Positions 19,001 through 27,477 of a stretch of 64,000 bases of DNA are shown here, piece after piece. The position numbers and the translations under genes were made by a program. The notes beneath the pieces were generated by a model. That model ran no database searches, was not told the origin of the DNA, and worked only from the letters and a program-made list of their open reading frames with translations. Origin of the DNA: an uncultured Verrucomicrobiae bacterium (GTDB taxonomy: Bacteria; Verrucomicrobiota; Verrucomicrobiia; Limisphaerales; Palsa-1400); assembly GCA_963764165.1 (NCBI GenBank), contig CAVXRD010000001.1, positions 64,001-128,000 on the forward strand. The letters are read 5' to 3'. The first letter of the stretch is position 1. Each line of letters opens with the position of its first letter.

Positions 19001-20564
19001 TTACATTCGCCAATCCACCAACGCCAGCCTGCTCAATGGCCTGCGGGAATTTTCGCTCTCGCTGTGGATCAAAACGGCGACGACCAATGTGGATGGCGGA
19101 TTCTTCGCGGGCGCAGATCAAAATTACACCAATCAGACGCTGTCGATGGCCGCCCGGCAATTTGCTTCGTGCGGCAATTACTCCAACGTTATCGAAGTCA
19201 CGGTGCCGACGACCCGCGGGGTGGTCCGGCACATCAGCGCCAGCGGCGCCATCCAGCCGATGCAGTGGGAAAACATCACGCTCGTGTGGAGCAACAACGC
19301 GGCGCCTTCTCTCTACATCAACGGCCAGCTAGACCAGCCGTATTCCGGTTTCGTCCCGGTGGCGGGCGTGGTCACCAATTGCCCGGAATTTGTCGTCGGC
19401 AACGGCGGTCCGGGCAGTCCCGGTTCGTGGAATGGCTCGGTGGACGACGTCCGGCTATTCCCCCGCGCGATGACTCCCAACGATGTGCTGGGACTTTACG
19501 GCTGGACCGTCTCGAATCACGCGCCGGTCGTCAGCGCCGGCTCGAACATTCTTGTGCAATTTGACACTCCAATTTCCATCATCGGCACGGTGGCCGACGA
19601 TGGCTTGCCGAACCCGCCGGATTTTGTCACGACACTCTGGAGCGACTTTGGCACCAACCCCGTACCCATGCCCGACCCCATGAGTTTGAGCAATCTCGTC
19701 GTGTTCACCAACGGAGGGGTTTATACCTTTCAGTTGACAGCAGGTGATGGCCAGGCGGCCACCTTCAGCCTGATGACGGTTACTTCGGTTCCGCCGACGC
19801 TGCTCAACATCAGCGCGGACGTTCCCGACGCCTATGAATTAGGCCCTGTCCCCGGCGACTTCACTCTGACGCGGCAAGGCGGCGACACCAACGACCCATT
19901 GACGGTTTACATGACGATTTCCGGCACGGCCAGCAACGGCGTAGATTACGTGACGATGACCAATATCGTCACGTTCGCCGCCAACTCCGTCAGCCTCTAC
20001 ATGCCCGTCCTGCCCATCCTGGACAACGTGATCAAGAGCGATGAGCCGGTCATCTTTACCATCGTGACCAATGTTTCCTACACGATTCAAAACGGCCAGG
20101 CCTCGGTGACCATTCACCCATCCCCCTACAGCGAATGGAGCATCGCCAATTTCACGCTGGAGCAATTGACGCACCCCGAATTGTCCGGGCCGGCGGCGGA
20201 TTATGAACCGGATGGCATACCAAACTTTGCCGCCTACGCCTTCAACTTGAACCCGAAAGTCATCAATCCCAATCCGCCTTACCAATGGGACTTGGAGGTC
20301 AGCCCGGACGATAATTTGCTTCACTTGACAGTGACGTACGAGCGCCGGCTTCCACCGCGCGACGTCGAATACGGCGTGTTTGTCTCCACCGATTTGCGAA
20401 ATTGGTTTACGGGCACGAATTACGTTGAGGAATTTTCGTCCGTGCCCGACACGAACAATATCACTGAAACCGTCCGCGCCCGGGCCCTGCGACCCGTGCC
20501 CGGTTCGACCAATCTCTTCATAGGAGTCGGCGTCTGGCTCCAACAAGTCGCGACCGATCCATGA
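13038..20564 (+). CDS. Giant surface metalloprotease-like protein (metzincin, PKD, Calx-beta repeats, LamG)
   Basis: 2508 aa; N-terminal hydrophobic anchor; HELGHNEGLWH zinc motif (14391-14423) followed by a YDTMG Met-turn; about nine FxxxRxG Calx-beta-like repeats; LHWPLDDG...WNGSVDDVRLF LamG domain. Confidence 0.88.
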   Translation: MLGSLRAGLRKTCKSRRSALRRSILLTLIIGAVVLASLSLLRPGDFVSRPPSAPPATLIAGSRPQLPPPSPNAPLPRSVVVVAATNTASPAKVSPKAIPTAEDKFAVWADAFASGASNIAEGKQLAKERRAEMKNLIQTNPQRALAETVPFAWRQQLPPEITAEFEQQLDGRGNLMVAVGTDFSQGTSFVDRRVEMGGKTYQAYVYGRRLIQACQTGIPLHGIALDGKMAVLPDPLRKLGSDEASALAAQSGTPLEEICGVSGQAADSRNQPVYAESGHGILCFCGDDHYALVNRSQALAESGGTAATGDKTTLSGDATIDDAWTEGPKAVLYMRVNFPDDLTEPISEADAYEAMEQVNNYYTSQSYNLTSMDATVTPLLTVPQVKAFYTPDPSLLLADARAAALNAGFDTDNFDRDIVVFTGVPGYTFGGLAYVGGKGVWLQSMGAGVTSHELGHNEGLWHANLWNTTSNFSGIGPGTNLEYGNVYDTMGSANAGIYQFNSAHKNALDWLKADAVQLVATSGVYRIYPMDDPTRVAGRSYAAVVRKDLMRNYWIEFRNLFTGNPWTQHGALLNWAPWELSNGGSHLIDTTPGSPDPSDPDSRDDAAVVIGRTFNDEAAGVHITTLARGATGTDPYLDVQVNVGGFLGNQAPYMDVEVDQTNVAPGTEIHFHASAIDPDGDTMAYAWTFMDDFSFSTNNLPWIGKIWNTAGDHVVRCVVSDMKGGEASANTVVTVGSPGGVRITGRVVDTNGYPLEGVLVGNGTNIVSGFQGCYTDSDGRYIIANVNNTLPLGAIQYGYTFEATTNWTDPLPGTDAVTNADFVGTPLTVVTLAADTNQIWDTDTSTHTFTLARTGNATNELTVQLYISGSAALGTDYSMEPTFPTNYITFEPGTNSIEFDLHSLDNGSAVGPVTATMTATDDTNDVSPAYVLGPLAEASITILVSHPAPKSTISVTTPTPEISETGIDGGQFVFTRDGPTSNSLYVNYSIGGTAVPGMDFAPLAGVVLLAAGQASTTIPMQPLNAYRVASNSTVTVTIASSGSYNVGSSASSTITIDNDATTYVTVFPTVEPATTGSPGVFTVKRDGNLSDALVVNYTASGTAVSGTQYRALSGSVTIPANATTANVSLQPIDTGVLEPDESVTLTLANNYNYDVGLPASATIAITQNEKPTISILATVDSTTAQGTPFGEFVISRTGSTASNLSVYFSISGTAFAGADYLPLSSPEIIPSGSKSVTVDVIPFLNSYLEGTNTVILCLLTNESYNVGSPNTADIFIGPSGSPQEPGIGFCFPSSSYPAFESPGIAVALSLPSTSPVTVSYVVVGGTAPSSRYSLPSGTLTIEPTNEVGIIPLTVLNPISPQPEQTVEVALYNPISASLGAIRVHTYTIQSNDGCAISVSATVSNASRAGPVPGNFRFTRTGPTTASQPVTFEITGTASAPADYQPLGNSITIPAGATYVDLPVTPTDLESVQIGQTVVLTLISASNAAVATPSTAVVNINDNATNIFPVVAVTSTNQPYAVEGGANGAFVITRTGSTAAALTVTLAVSGTATPGSRYTALPTSVTIPAGQTSVTIPVVAINDTAVEGEQTVILSLTVGQTYQIGANAAATVTIQDNDQNVWIDAGVFDAAKYGPVPGQFTFSRFGTTNTPVTIYYTISGTARDGYDYAFITNFIVIPAGQLTTTLQIMPQLTGVVEGPVTVTLTLLANSAYGLGAPRSGTVTIADNYPNLTIRSIITNVLEGSGSNGVFRLSRTGDPNIDFTAYLSVGGTATYGTSYPAFPTNIYFSCGIMSIDLFVSPINDMVADGDKTVTTLIVPNPAYTIGSPSNAVLTINDAGTNETPQVVIDSPVGGVVYLVGTNVGLVLNASATQTNPFINVTWSEVSGPAAFAFTDITNLDTEVLFTNAGIYVLRCTASNGTWQTSADVTAIVAADILSSSNILHWPLDDGAGTNVLDISGRTNNGYLAGSPLWTSNGIIGGALNFDGGSDYIRQSTNASLLNGLREFSLSLWIKTATTNVDGGFFAGADQNYTNQTLSMAARQFASCGNYSNVIEVTVPTTRGVVRHISASGAIQPMQWENITLVWSNNAAPSLYINGQLDQPYSGFVPVAGVVTNCPEFVVGNGGPGSPGSWNGSVDDVRLFPRAMTPNDVLGLYGWTVSNHAPVVSAGSNILVQFDTPISIIGTVADDGLPNPPDFVTTLWSDFGTNPVPMPDPMSLSNLVVFTNGGVYTFQLTAGDGQAATFSLMTVTSVPPTLLNISADVPDAYELGPVPGDFTLTRQGGDTNDPLTVYMTISGTASNGVDYVTMTNIVTFAANSVSLYMPVLPILDNVIKSDEPVIFTIVTNVSYTIQNGQASVTIHPSPYSEWSIANFTLEQLTHPELSGPAADYEPDGIPNFAAYAFNLNPKVINPNPPYQWDLEVSPDDNLLHLTVTYERRLPPRDVEYGVFVSTDLRNWFTGTNYVEEFSSVPDTNNITETVRARALRPVPGSTNLFIGVGVWLQQVATDP

Positions 20565-20666
20565 TTTTTGTGGCGCCTTCGCTGGAAAAACCGAGGCGGG
20601 CAAATCCATCGTTTAGTTGATTCAAGGCTGGCAACCGCGCCGCCTCGCCGCTAGTCTATTGGCAAC

Positions 20667-21254
20667 GTGTCCGACGCCACACAGCTTCTCCAATCCGCAG
20701 CCGCTGGCGATTGCCGCGCCGGGGCCGAATTGCTTCCCCGCGTTTATGACGAACTGCGCCGACTTGCCGCGCATCGGCTGGCAGGCGAACCCAACGAGCA
20801 CACTCTACAACCCACCGCTTTGGTGCATGAGGCATGGCTCAAAATCTCCGCCCCGGACAATCGAGACTGGAATGGGCGCCATCATTTTTTCGCCGTGGCC
20901 GCCGAGGCGATGCGTCGCATCCTGGTGGATCGCGCTCGCCGCCGCCAAGCCGCCAAACGCGGCGGAAACGCCATGCGTCTCGACGCGGACGACCTTGATA
21001 TTCCCGCTCCGGCGCCCGACGACCGTTTGCTCGCCATCAGCGAGGCCCTCGAGAAATTCCAATTGGTGGACGCGCGCAAAGCTGAGTTGGTCAAGTTGCG
21101 CTACTTTGTTGGCCTTACGTTCGAAGAGGCGGCAGAGGTTCTCGGCATCGCCGTCCCGACGGCCAAGGAGTGGTGGGCATACTCCCGCGCCTGGCTCCGA
21201 CTGGAGGTTTCAGGGGCGGGGCCTGGCGAACCAGCGGCAGGCTTGGAATCGTAG
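20667..21254 (+). CDS. ECF sigma factor, TIGR02999 / kinase-associated type
   Basis: GTG start; LLPRVYDELRRLA, HTLQPTALVHEAWL, AMRRILVDRARR, LVKLRYFVGLT. Confidence 0.93.
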   Translation: MSDATQLLQSAAAGDCRAGAELLPRVYDELRRLAAHRLAGEPNEHTLQPTALVHEAWLKISAPDNRDWNGRHHFFAVAAEAMRRILVDRARRRQAAKRGGNAMRLDADDLDIPAPAPDDRLLAISEALEKFQLVDARKAELVKLRYFVGLTFEEAAEVLGIAVPTAKEWWAYSRAWLRLEVSGAGPGEPAAGLES

Positions 21255-21297
21255 CGTTTGAAATCCGACTGCGGCTGCTCTTTCTTTCGCGGCGGAA

Positions 21298-21337
21298 CAT
21301 ACTTCTAGAGTCCGAACTGCGCTTTACCTTATAGATG
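21298..21337 (+). promoter_or_regulatory. Candidate ECF promoter, copy 1 (kinase; ends in its ATG)
   Basis: catacttctagagtccgaactgcgctttaccttatagATG; 29/40 ungapped identity to 24522-24561. Confidence 0.6.
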
Positions 21338-22735
21338 GGCGAATCAGATCAAGGCAAAAAGCCGGAACAGAACCGCGAGGCGGCGCTGTTCCAAGCTGCC
21401 GCCCAACTTACCGCATCCGCCCGCGCCATGTTCCTCGATGCCGCCTGCCATGGAGAGACGGCCATGCGCCAGCGGGTTGAAGCATTGCTGGCCGCGTGCG
21501 AGGCCGGAGACTCGTTTCTCGATCCTGAAAAGCCAAAGCCAGCGGACGATCTCATCAAGACCATCAAAGTCGAAAGAGCCGTCAACCCGAATGACGAGGC
21601 CGTAGGCCAGACCATCGGGCGTTACAAGCTCATGGAGAAGGTCGGGGAAGGCGGCTGCGGCGTGGTCTACGTCGCACAACAAATTGAGCCGGTGCGACGG
21701 CGCGTCGCCCTTAAGGTCATCAAGCTGGGGATGGATTCCAAGGAAATCATCGCGCGCTTCGAAGCCGAGCGCCAGGCGCTGGCCATGATGGACCACCCCA
21801 ACATTGCCAAGGTGCTGGATGCCGGAACCGCGGAAAACGGGCGTCCTTACTTTGTCATGGAGCTGGTGCGAGGCATCAAAATTACGGAATACTGCGACCA
21901 GAACCAGCTCAACACCAGGGCGCGCATGGCCCTGTTGATCGAGGTCTGCCACGCCGTCCAGCACGCGCACCAGAAGGGCATCATCCATCGCGACATCAAA
22001 CCTTCCAACATCATGGTCACGCTGCACGATGGCGTGCCGGTGCCCAAAGTGATTGATTTCGGGATCGCCAAAGCGACGGAAGGGCGGCTGACGGACAAAA
22101 CGGTTTACACCCAATTGCATCAATTTATCGGCACACCTGCCTATATGAGTCCTGAGCAGGCGGAGATGAGCGGCCTGGACATTGATACCCGCAGCGATAT
22201 TTACAGCCTCGGAGTCCTGCTCTACGAGTTGCTGGCCGGCAGCACGCCGTTCGATTCCAAGGAACTGATGGCCTCCGGAGTGGACGCGATGCGCAAGATC
22301 ATCCGGGAACAGGAGCCGGTTCGCCCCAGCACCCGCTTCATGACTCTCCAAGACGCGGAATTAACCACCACGGCCAAACGCCGATCCACCGACAGTTCGA
22401 AACTGCTCCACCAACTGCGGGGCGATCTGGACTGGATTGTCATGAAGTGCCTGGAGAAAGACCGCACGCGGCGTTACGAGACGGCCAGCGGCCTGGCTTC
22501 CGACATGCAGCGGTATTTGCGCAGTGAATTGGTTCTGGCGCGGCCTCCCGGCCACATATATCGGCTCCAAAAACTGCTGCGACGCCACAAAATGATGGCC
22601 GTGGTGGCCGGCGCGGTCCTGGCCGGGCTGCTGATGGGCTTGCTCCTGGCCGTCTGGCTGGCCGTTTACGTCCTCCACACCAAGCCGGAGCAACGAGACC
22701 CGACGATTAACCTGGATGGCAAACTTGAACCGTAA
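21335..22735 (+). CDS. Membrane-anchored Hanks-type Ser/Thr kinase
   Basis: GEGGCGVVY, VALKVIK, HRDIKPSN, DFGIAK, GTPAYMSPEQ; C-terminal TM with only a ~20-aa tail. Confidence 0.95.
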   Translation: MGESDQGKKPEQNREAALFQAAAQLTASARAMFLDAACHGETAMRQRVEALLAACEAGDSFLDPEKPKPADDLIKTIKVERAVNPNDEAVGQTIGRYKLMEKVGEGGCGVVYVAQQIEPVRRRVALKVIKLGMDSKEIIARFEAERQALAMMDHPNIAKVLDAGTAENGRPYFVMELVRGIKITEYCDQNQLNTRARMALLIEVCHAVQHAHQKGIIHRDIKPSNIMVTLHDGVPVPKVIDFGIAKATEGRLTDKTVYTQLHQFIGTPAYMSPEQAEMSGLDIDTRSDIYSLGVLLYELLAGSTPFDSKELMASGVDAMRKIIREQEPVRPSTRFMTLQDAELTTTAKRRSTDSSKLLHQLRGDLDWIVMKCLEKDRTRRYETASGLASDMQRYLRSELVLARPPGHIYRLQKLLRRHKMMAVVAGAVLAGLLMGLLLAVWLAVYVLHTKPEQRDPTINLDGKLEP

Positions 22736-22743
22736 GACCTGCC

Positions 22744-24480
22744 ATGAGCACTGAACAAACTCCGACTGCCTCCATTGCATCATCATCTCAAACAGGGCCG
22801 CGCCGCCGTCGGCGTTATGTGGTTACGGGTCTGCTCGTTTTTGCCGCGACCATCGCGCTGTTCTACGCCGAAGAAGATTGGCGGGGCCGCCGTGCCTGGG
22901 ACAATTGCAAGCGCGAGCTCAAAGCCAAAGGGGTCGTCCTTGACTGGTCGTCTTACACGCCTCCGCCAGTGCCGACTGACCAAAACGTCTTCGGCGTGCC
23001 GGAGATGCAAAAATGGTTTGAAGGCAGAGGCGGGAATGAATTCACCAAAAAGCTGAATTTTCCCGGCCTGAATCAGAACACCAATAGATTTGCCGTGGCC
23101 AACGTGACAATCGGTTTGCCGGGCACAAATCCGCCTGGCAGTTCCACTGTGTTGCAATGGGCCGATGGGAAATTGGCGGAAGCGGAGGCGGCCCAGTTGA
23201 TGAACCAGGCACTGGGACCAACAGCGGTGGATCCCCGGGATCATGGACCTTTCTACCCCATCATGGCCAAAGCGCTTGACGAAGTGCGGCCCGCCCAAAT
23301 CTTTTTGCAATGCCAGTCCACTCCGACTCTCAAGGAATTGGACACATTCCTCTGCAAGAAGCTCGGTCCCAAATCGGATGGAGCCGGGGCGCGAGTTGAA
23401 CCGACTGGCAGCAATTCATACCGCGTGACAACGTGGGAGTCCTATCAGGCCGCTGATTTTGTGTCGTGGAGCCACAGCATGGAGCCCGATCTCGTTTTTG
23501 TTTACAAAGCACTGCAGCGTCCCTATGCGCGCCTGGAAGGAGACTATGACGATTTCAATGGGCTGGTGCCAAACTTCGTCGCGTATCGCAACCTCGCGCA
23601 AAATCTGGCGGCGCTGGCCAAATGTCACATGGTGCTCGGGCAGCCTGAGAAAGCTTTGGACGCACTCACCTTGCTGAATCAATTGCGCCGCACCTTGGAG
23701 TTCCGCCCGTCAGGCAAGGGCACGACATTGGTTTCGGCCATGATCGACGTAGCCTTCGCCGGACTTTATGTTGACACCATCGGTGATGGGATGCGGCTGC
23801 AGGTGTGGCGTGAACCGCAGCTAGCCGCGCTTCAGGCGCAGCTCGATGAAATCAATTTGCGTCCGTACGTGGTGCAAGGGATCGCATTCGAACTGCCCGC
23901 CGGCATCCACCACATCGAGACTGCAAGCTACTGGGAGAAGGCCAGAAATCAGCCAGGAAACAAAACGTCAGGATTCTGGTTTCCTCCTATGCTGCCGCAA
24001 GGCTGGATTTACCAGAACCTGGTTGTCTTCGCCAACCAGGAACAAAAATTGGCTGAAGGCCTGCCTCGCCAGCGGGACGATGTTGTTCCGCACCAAATCA
24101 CCGCCGCGATTTCGTCCGTCGAGGCCGTGGCAGACCACCCATCGCCCTTCAATCTCCTGTCGGCCGTAGCCATTCCCAATTTCACCCGCAGCCAAAAGGC
24201 CCTGGCGCTTAATCAAACCAAGGTCGGCCAGGCGCGGGTGGCCTGTGCGTTGGAGCGTTATCGGCTGGCTCACGGCGAATATCCTTCCACTCTGGATGTG
24301 CTCGCGCCTCAACTCATTGATAAAATTCCACGCGACCCTATCGGTGGCCAGCCGCCGCATTATCACCGCACGGACGATGGGAAATTTCTTTTATACTCGA
24401 TTGGCTGGAGTGAAACCGATCATGGCGGCCAAAGCGGTTCCAACGGCAAGGAAGGCGATTGGGTCTGGATGGTGGACTAA
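22744..24480 (+). CDS. Membrane-anchored conserved protein with pseudopilin-like C-terminal motif
   Basis: RRRRR followed by a TM helix; C-terminal ACALERYRLAHGEYPSTLDVL...DPIGG...LYSIG...GDWVW. Confidence 0.75.
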   Translation: MSTEQTPTASIASSSQTGPRRRRRYVVTGLLVFAATIALFYAEEDWRGRRAWDNCKRELKAKGVVLDWSSYTPPPVPTDQNVFGVPEMQKWFEGRGGNEFTKKLNFPGLNQNTNRFAVANVTIGLPGTNPPGSSTVLQWADGKLAEAEAAQLMNQALGPTAVDPRDHGPFYPIMAKALDEVRPAQIFLQCQSTPTLKELDTFLCKKLGPKSDGAGARVEPTGSNSYRVTTWESYQAADFVSWSHSMEPDLVFVYKALQRPYARLEGDYDDFNGLVPNFVAYRNLAQNLAALAKCHMVLGQPEKALDALTLLNQLRRTLEFRPSGKGTTLVSAMIDVAFAGLYVDTIGDGMRLQVWREPQLAALQAQLDEINLRPYVVQGIAFELPAGIHHIETASYWEKARNQPGNKTSGFWFPPMLPQGWIYQNLVVFANQEQKLAEGLPRQRDDVVPHQITAAISSVEAVADHPSPFNLLSAVAIPNFTRSQKALALNQTKVGQARVACALERYRLAHGEYPSTLDVLAPQLIDKIPRDPIGGQPPHYHRTDDGKFLLYSIGWSETDHGGQSGSNGKEGDWVWMVD

Positions 24481-24521
24481 GGCTGCGATTTGTCAAAAAA
24501 ATCATGTTGATGCGTTATGCG

Positions 24522-24561
24522 CATGCTTTTTGAGGCGCGAGCGCGCTTTGCCTTATGGATG
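24522..24561 (+). promoter_or_regulatory. Candidate ECF promoter, copy 2 (upstream of PPC-repeat gene)
   Basis: catgctttttgaggcgcgagcgcgctttgccttatggatg, ending 46 bp before the 24608 start. Confidence 0.6.
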
Positions 24562-24607
24562 AACCAACTCGGCAAGCTTGACACATTAACAATAATCACG
24601 AAGACTT

Positions 24608-26860
24608 ATGAAAAAAATAATGAATCCAAATCTCCCCAGGCCCATTCGCCGATTCCCCTGTCTCTGGGCTTGTCTGTTTCTCACCATCCTGGGAGCGGGC
24701 ATTGCCGCAGCGCAGACATCGACGCCCCTTGTAAATGGCGGCGACAACACCGGAACAATCACTTCCGGCGGAACGAATGCATGGACATTTAACGCCAACG
24801 CAGGGGACACCGTGGTGTTAAATCTGGCCTCCACCAATTTCCCCCCGCAGTTCGACCTGTTTGGGCCCGACGGCGCACGGGTGGCGGAGGACTATAATGG
24901 TATTGATGACAGCGTGGCGATCCAGGCCGCCCAAAGCGGTGTTTACACGGTGCTCGTCAGCAGCTACAACGGCGCCGGCAACGGCTCCTACACGCTGCGT
25001 CTGGCGGAGTTATCCCAGCCATTTGCCGTGCCGCCGGTGGCGCTGACCAACGGCGGCGAGAACGTGGGCACGCTGGAGCTCGGAGGCTTGGCGCTATGGT
25101 CGTTCACCGCTAACGCAGGGGATAATTTCGCGTTGCGTTTGGCCACCACCAATTTCTATGGCGCCCTAATTTTGACCGGACCGGATGGCACGGTGTTATT
25201 CAACAACACTTGCTGCCCCGGGCAGGATCTCTCGTTCACCCCCTTCACCGCCACCAATAGCGGCCAATATACCGCGCTAGTGGAAGCGCAAGACGGCGAA
25301 ACAGGCTCTTATGTGCTGCGCTTGGCCCAGATAGCCCAGCCACTCAGCGTGCCGCCGGTGGCGCTGACCAACGCAGGCGCAAATTTCGGATGGCTGAACC
25401 TCGGAGATGTGGACCTATGGTCATTCACCGCTAACGCCGGGGACACTTTCGCGCTGCGCCTGGCCACGACCAATTTCGCCGGCATCCTCGGCATTTACGG
25501 GCCGGATGGCACGGTGGTATACAACAATGCTTGCTGCGCTGGCCCGGATGACTCGCTCACCCCCTTTACCGCCACCTATAGCGGCGCATACACCGTCCTA
25601 GTGGAAGCGCAAGAGGGTGGAACCGGCTCGTATGCGCTCCGTTTGGCCCAGATTTCACAGCCGTTCAGTGTGCCGCCTGTGGCGATGGCCAATGGTGGCG
25701 AGAACATAGGAATGCTCAACCTCGGAGATCTGGACCTATGGTCGTTTACCGCCAACACAGGCGATAATTTCGCGGTGCGATTGGCCACGACTAATTTCGC
25801 TGGCATCCTCAGCATCTATGGGCCGGATGGAAGGGTATTATACAATATCAGTTGCTGCGCCGGCCCGGATGATTCATTCGGCCCGTTTTCCGCCACCAAC
25901 AGCGGCAAATACACCGTGCTGGTGGAAGCGCAAGAGGGCGGAACTGGCTCGTATGCGCTGCGTCTGGCGCAGATCGACCAGCCCTTTAGCGTGCCGCCTT
26001 TGACAATTGCCAATGGCGGCGACAACCTGGGAATGCTCAATCTCGGAGGCCTGGACCTATGGTCGTTCACCGCCAGCGCCGGGGACAACTTCGCGCTGCG
26101 ATTGGCCACGACCAATTTCTACGGGTTTCTTTGCCTCTACGGTCCGGATGGCACCGTGCTGTTCAATAACAGTTGCTGCGATGCCCAGGACATATCCTTC
26201 GGCCCGTTTGCCGCCACCAACGGTGGCGAGTACACCGTGCTGGTGGAAGGGCAAGTAGGCGGAACCGGCTCCTACGCATTGCGGCTGGCCCAGTTCTCGC
26301 AGCCGTTTAGTGTCCCGGCCTTCCTGTTGGCCAGCGGCGGCACTAACAGCGGAATTCTAAGCCCCGCCGGCTTGGACCGATGGGCTTTCAACGCTTGCGC
26401 GTCCGACGAGATTAACGCGCAGTTAGTGACAACGAATTTCTCCTCCAGCTTCAGTTTATATGGACCCGATGGCTCGCTCTTGAGCACCGCGAACGGTTAC
26501 CAAGGACTTGCCTCGGTGGCCTTCGAGGCTACGAATTGCGGCACCTTCACTTTGCTGGTCACCAGTCTCACCGCAAGCGCATCTGGGGACTACGAATTTG
26601 CGTCGGGTGTTCTTTCCCCAGCAGTGAAAATCTGCGCCCCTGCCGTCACGGCCTCCAATGTGGTCGTCACGGGAGTTGGCGGATTGTCCAATGCCGATGC
26701 GAAGTTCATTCTGTTTAGCGCGCCAAACCTCACTGCGCCCAGGCAGATCTGGAACCCCGTCTACACCAATCAATTTGACAAAGGCGGCGTGTTTTCTTAC
26801 ACGAACAGCATCGACCCCACCTCATTACAGGAATATTTCCGATTCCGCGTGACACCATGA
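24608..26860 (+). CDS. Secreted protein with six PPC-like (pre-peptidase C-terminal) domains
   Basis: Signal peptide; repeats of W[ST]FxAxAGD...GPDG...GxYTVLV...GSYxLRL with a 321-bp DNA period (25030, 25351, 25672, 25993); C-terminal YFRFRVTP. Confidence 0.88.
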   Translation: MKKIMNPNLPRPIRRFPCLWACLFLTILGAGIAAAQTSTPLVNGGDNTGTITSGGTNAWTFNANAGDTVVLNLASTNFPPQFDLFGPDGARVAEDYNGIDDSVAIQAAQSGVYTVLVSSYNGAGNGSYTLRLAELSQPFAVPPVALTNGGENVGTLELGGLALWSFTANAGDNFALRLATTNFYGALILTGPDGTVLFNNTCCPGQDLSFTPFTATNSGQYTALVEAQDGETGSYVLRLAQIAQPLSVPPVALTNAGANFGWLNLGDVDLWSFTANAGDTFALRLATTNFAGILGIYGPDGTVVYNNACCAGPDDSLTPFTATYSGAYTVLVEAQEGGTGSYALRLAQISQPFSVPPVAMANGGENIGMLNLGDLDLWSFTANTGDNFAVRLATTNFAGILSIYGPDGRVLYNISCCAGPDDSFGPFSATNSGKYTVLVEAQEGGTGSYALRLAQIDQPFSVPPLTIANGGDNLGMLNLGGLDLWSFTASAGDNFALRLATTNFYGFLCLYGPDGTVLFNNSCCDAQDISFGPFAATNGGEYTVLVEGQVGGTGSYALRLAQFSQPFSVPAFLLASGGTNSGILSPAGLDRWAFNACASDEINAQLVTTNFSSSFSLYGPDGSLLSTANGYQGLASVAFEATNCGTFTLLVTSLTASASGDYEFASGVLSPAVKICAPAVTASNVVVTGVGGLSNADAKFILFSAPNLTAPRQIWNPVYTNQFDKGGVFSYTNSIDPTSLQEYFRFRVTP

Positions 26861-27250
26861 GCCGGGGCGCCGGCCTGTTTCAGCCCCGTTACGAGCGAAT
26901 ACTGGCAGACAAAGTGCCTCTGGTCACGTTGGGCGCAGGAACGGCATTTCTTCGCGGCCTTCGTTTCCTTGTTGTAAAAAGTCCCAAAGAGGAAAAAGGC
27001 GTCAACGGCCTGGCTCCGATCGCTCCAAATTCAATTTTCCGCATTTTTTCTCCAAAAATCGCGCCAAAAAACCTCTGGTAGGTTTTCTGTCTGCCCGGCG
27101 ATGTGCCAAAGTGCCGCCATGCCTATAAATAATAGGACGGAGAGAAATGGACGGAGAACGGACGGTGGTTTTTGCCCGAGCCGTCGGCCGGCTATCGTGT
27201 CGGGCAGCGATTCTTGGAGCGCATGCCTTGGTTCGCATTCATTATATGAA

Positions 27251-27290
27251 AACATAGGTAAACCAAGGTAAACATAGGCAAACAAAGGTT
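27251..27290 (+). repeat. 4 x 10-bp tandem repeat
   Basis: aacataggta aaccaaggta aacataggca aacaaaggtt. Confidence 0.8.
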
Positions 27291-27477
27291 CTTTTTGAAA
27301 AAAGTTGTGAAAACCGCGCGGTTGGAGGACTCCGCCAAAACGCCAAATGATGGTCATTATCGGCAATTATCGCCAGATTTTGAAAAATTCATGAGCGCCG
27401 ACGTAATTCCAGCCGAATCGGGAAGGGGGCTGATAAGACTGGCGCGGGGGGCGGTCTGGTGGCACGTTGCGTCTGTT

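Noticed and set aside
24990..26320. Tandem DNA repeats as a CRISPR array or DGR template/variable pair
   Set aside because: They are in-frame 321-bp coding repeats with no spacers; no cas or reverse transcriptase gene is present in the window.
27295..27477. Longer TTG start for the FG-GAP gene
   Set aside because: The extension looks non-coding and buries the signal peptide that begins at ATG 27478.
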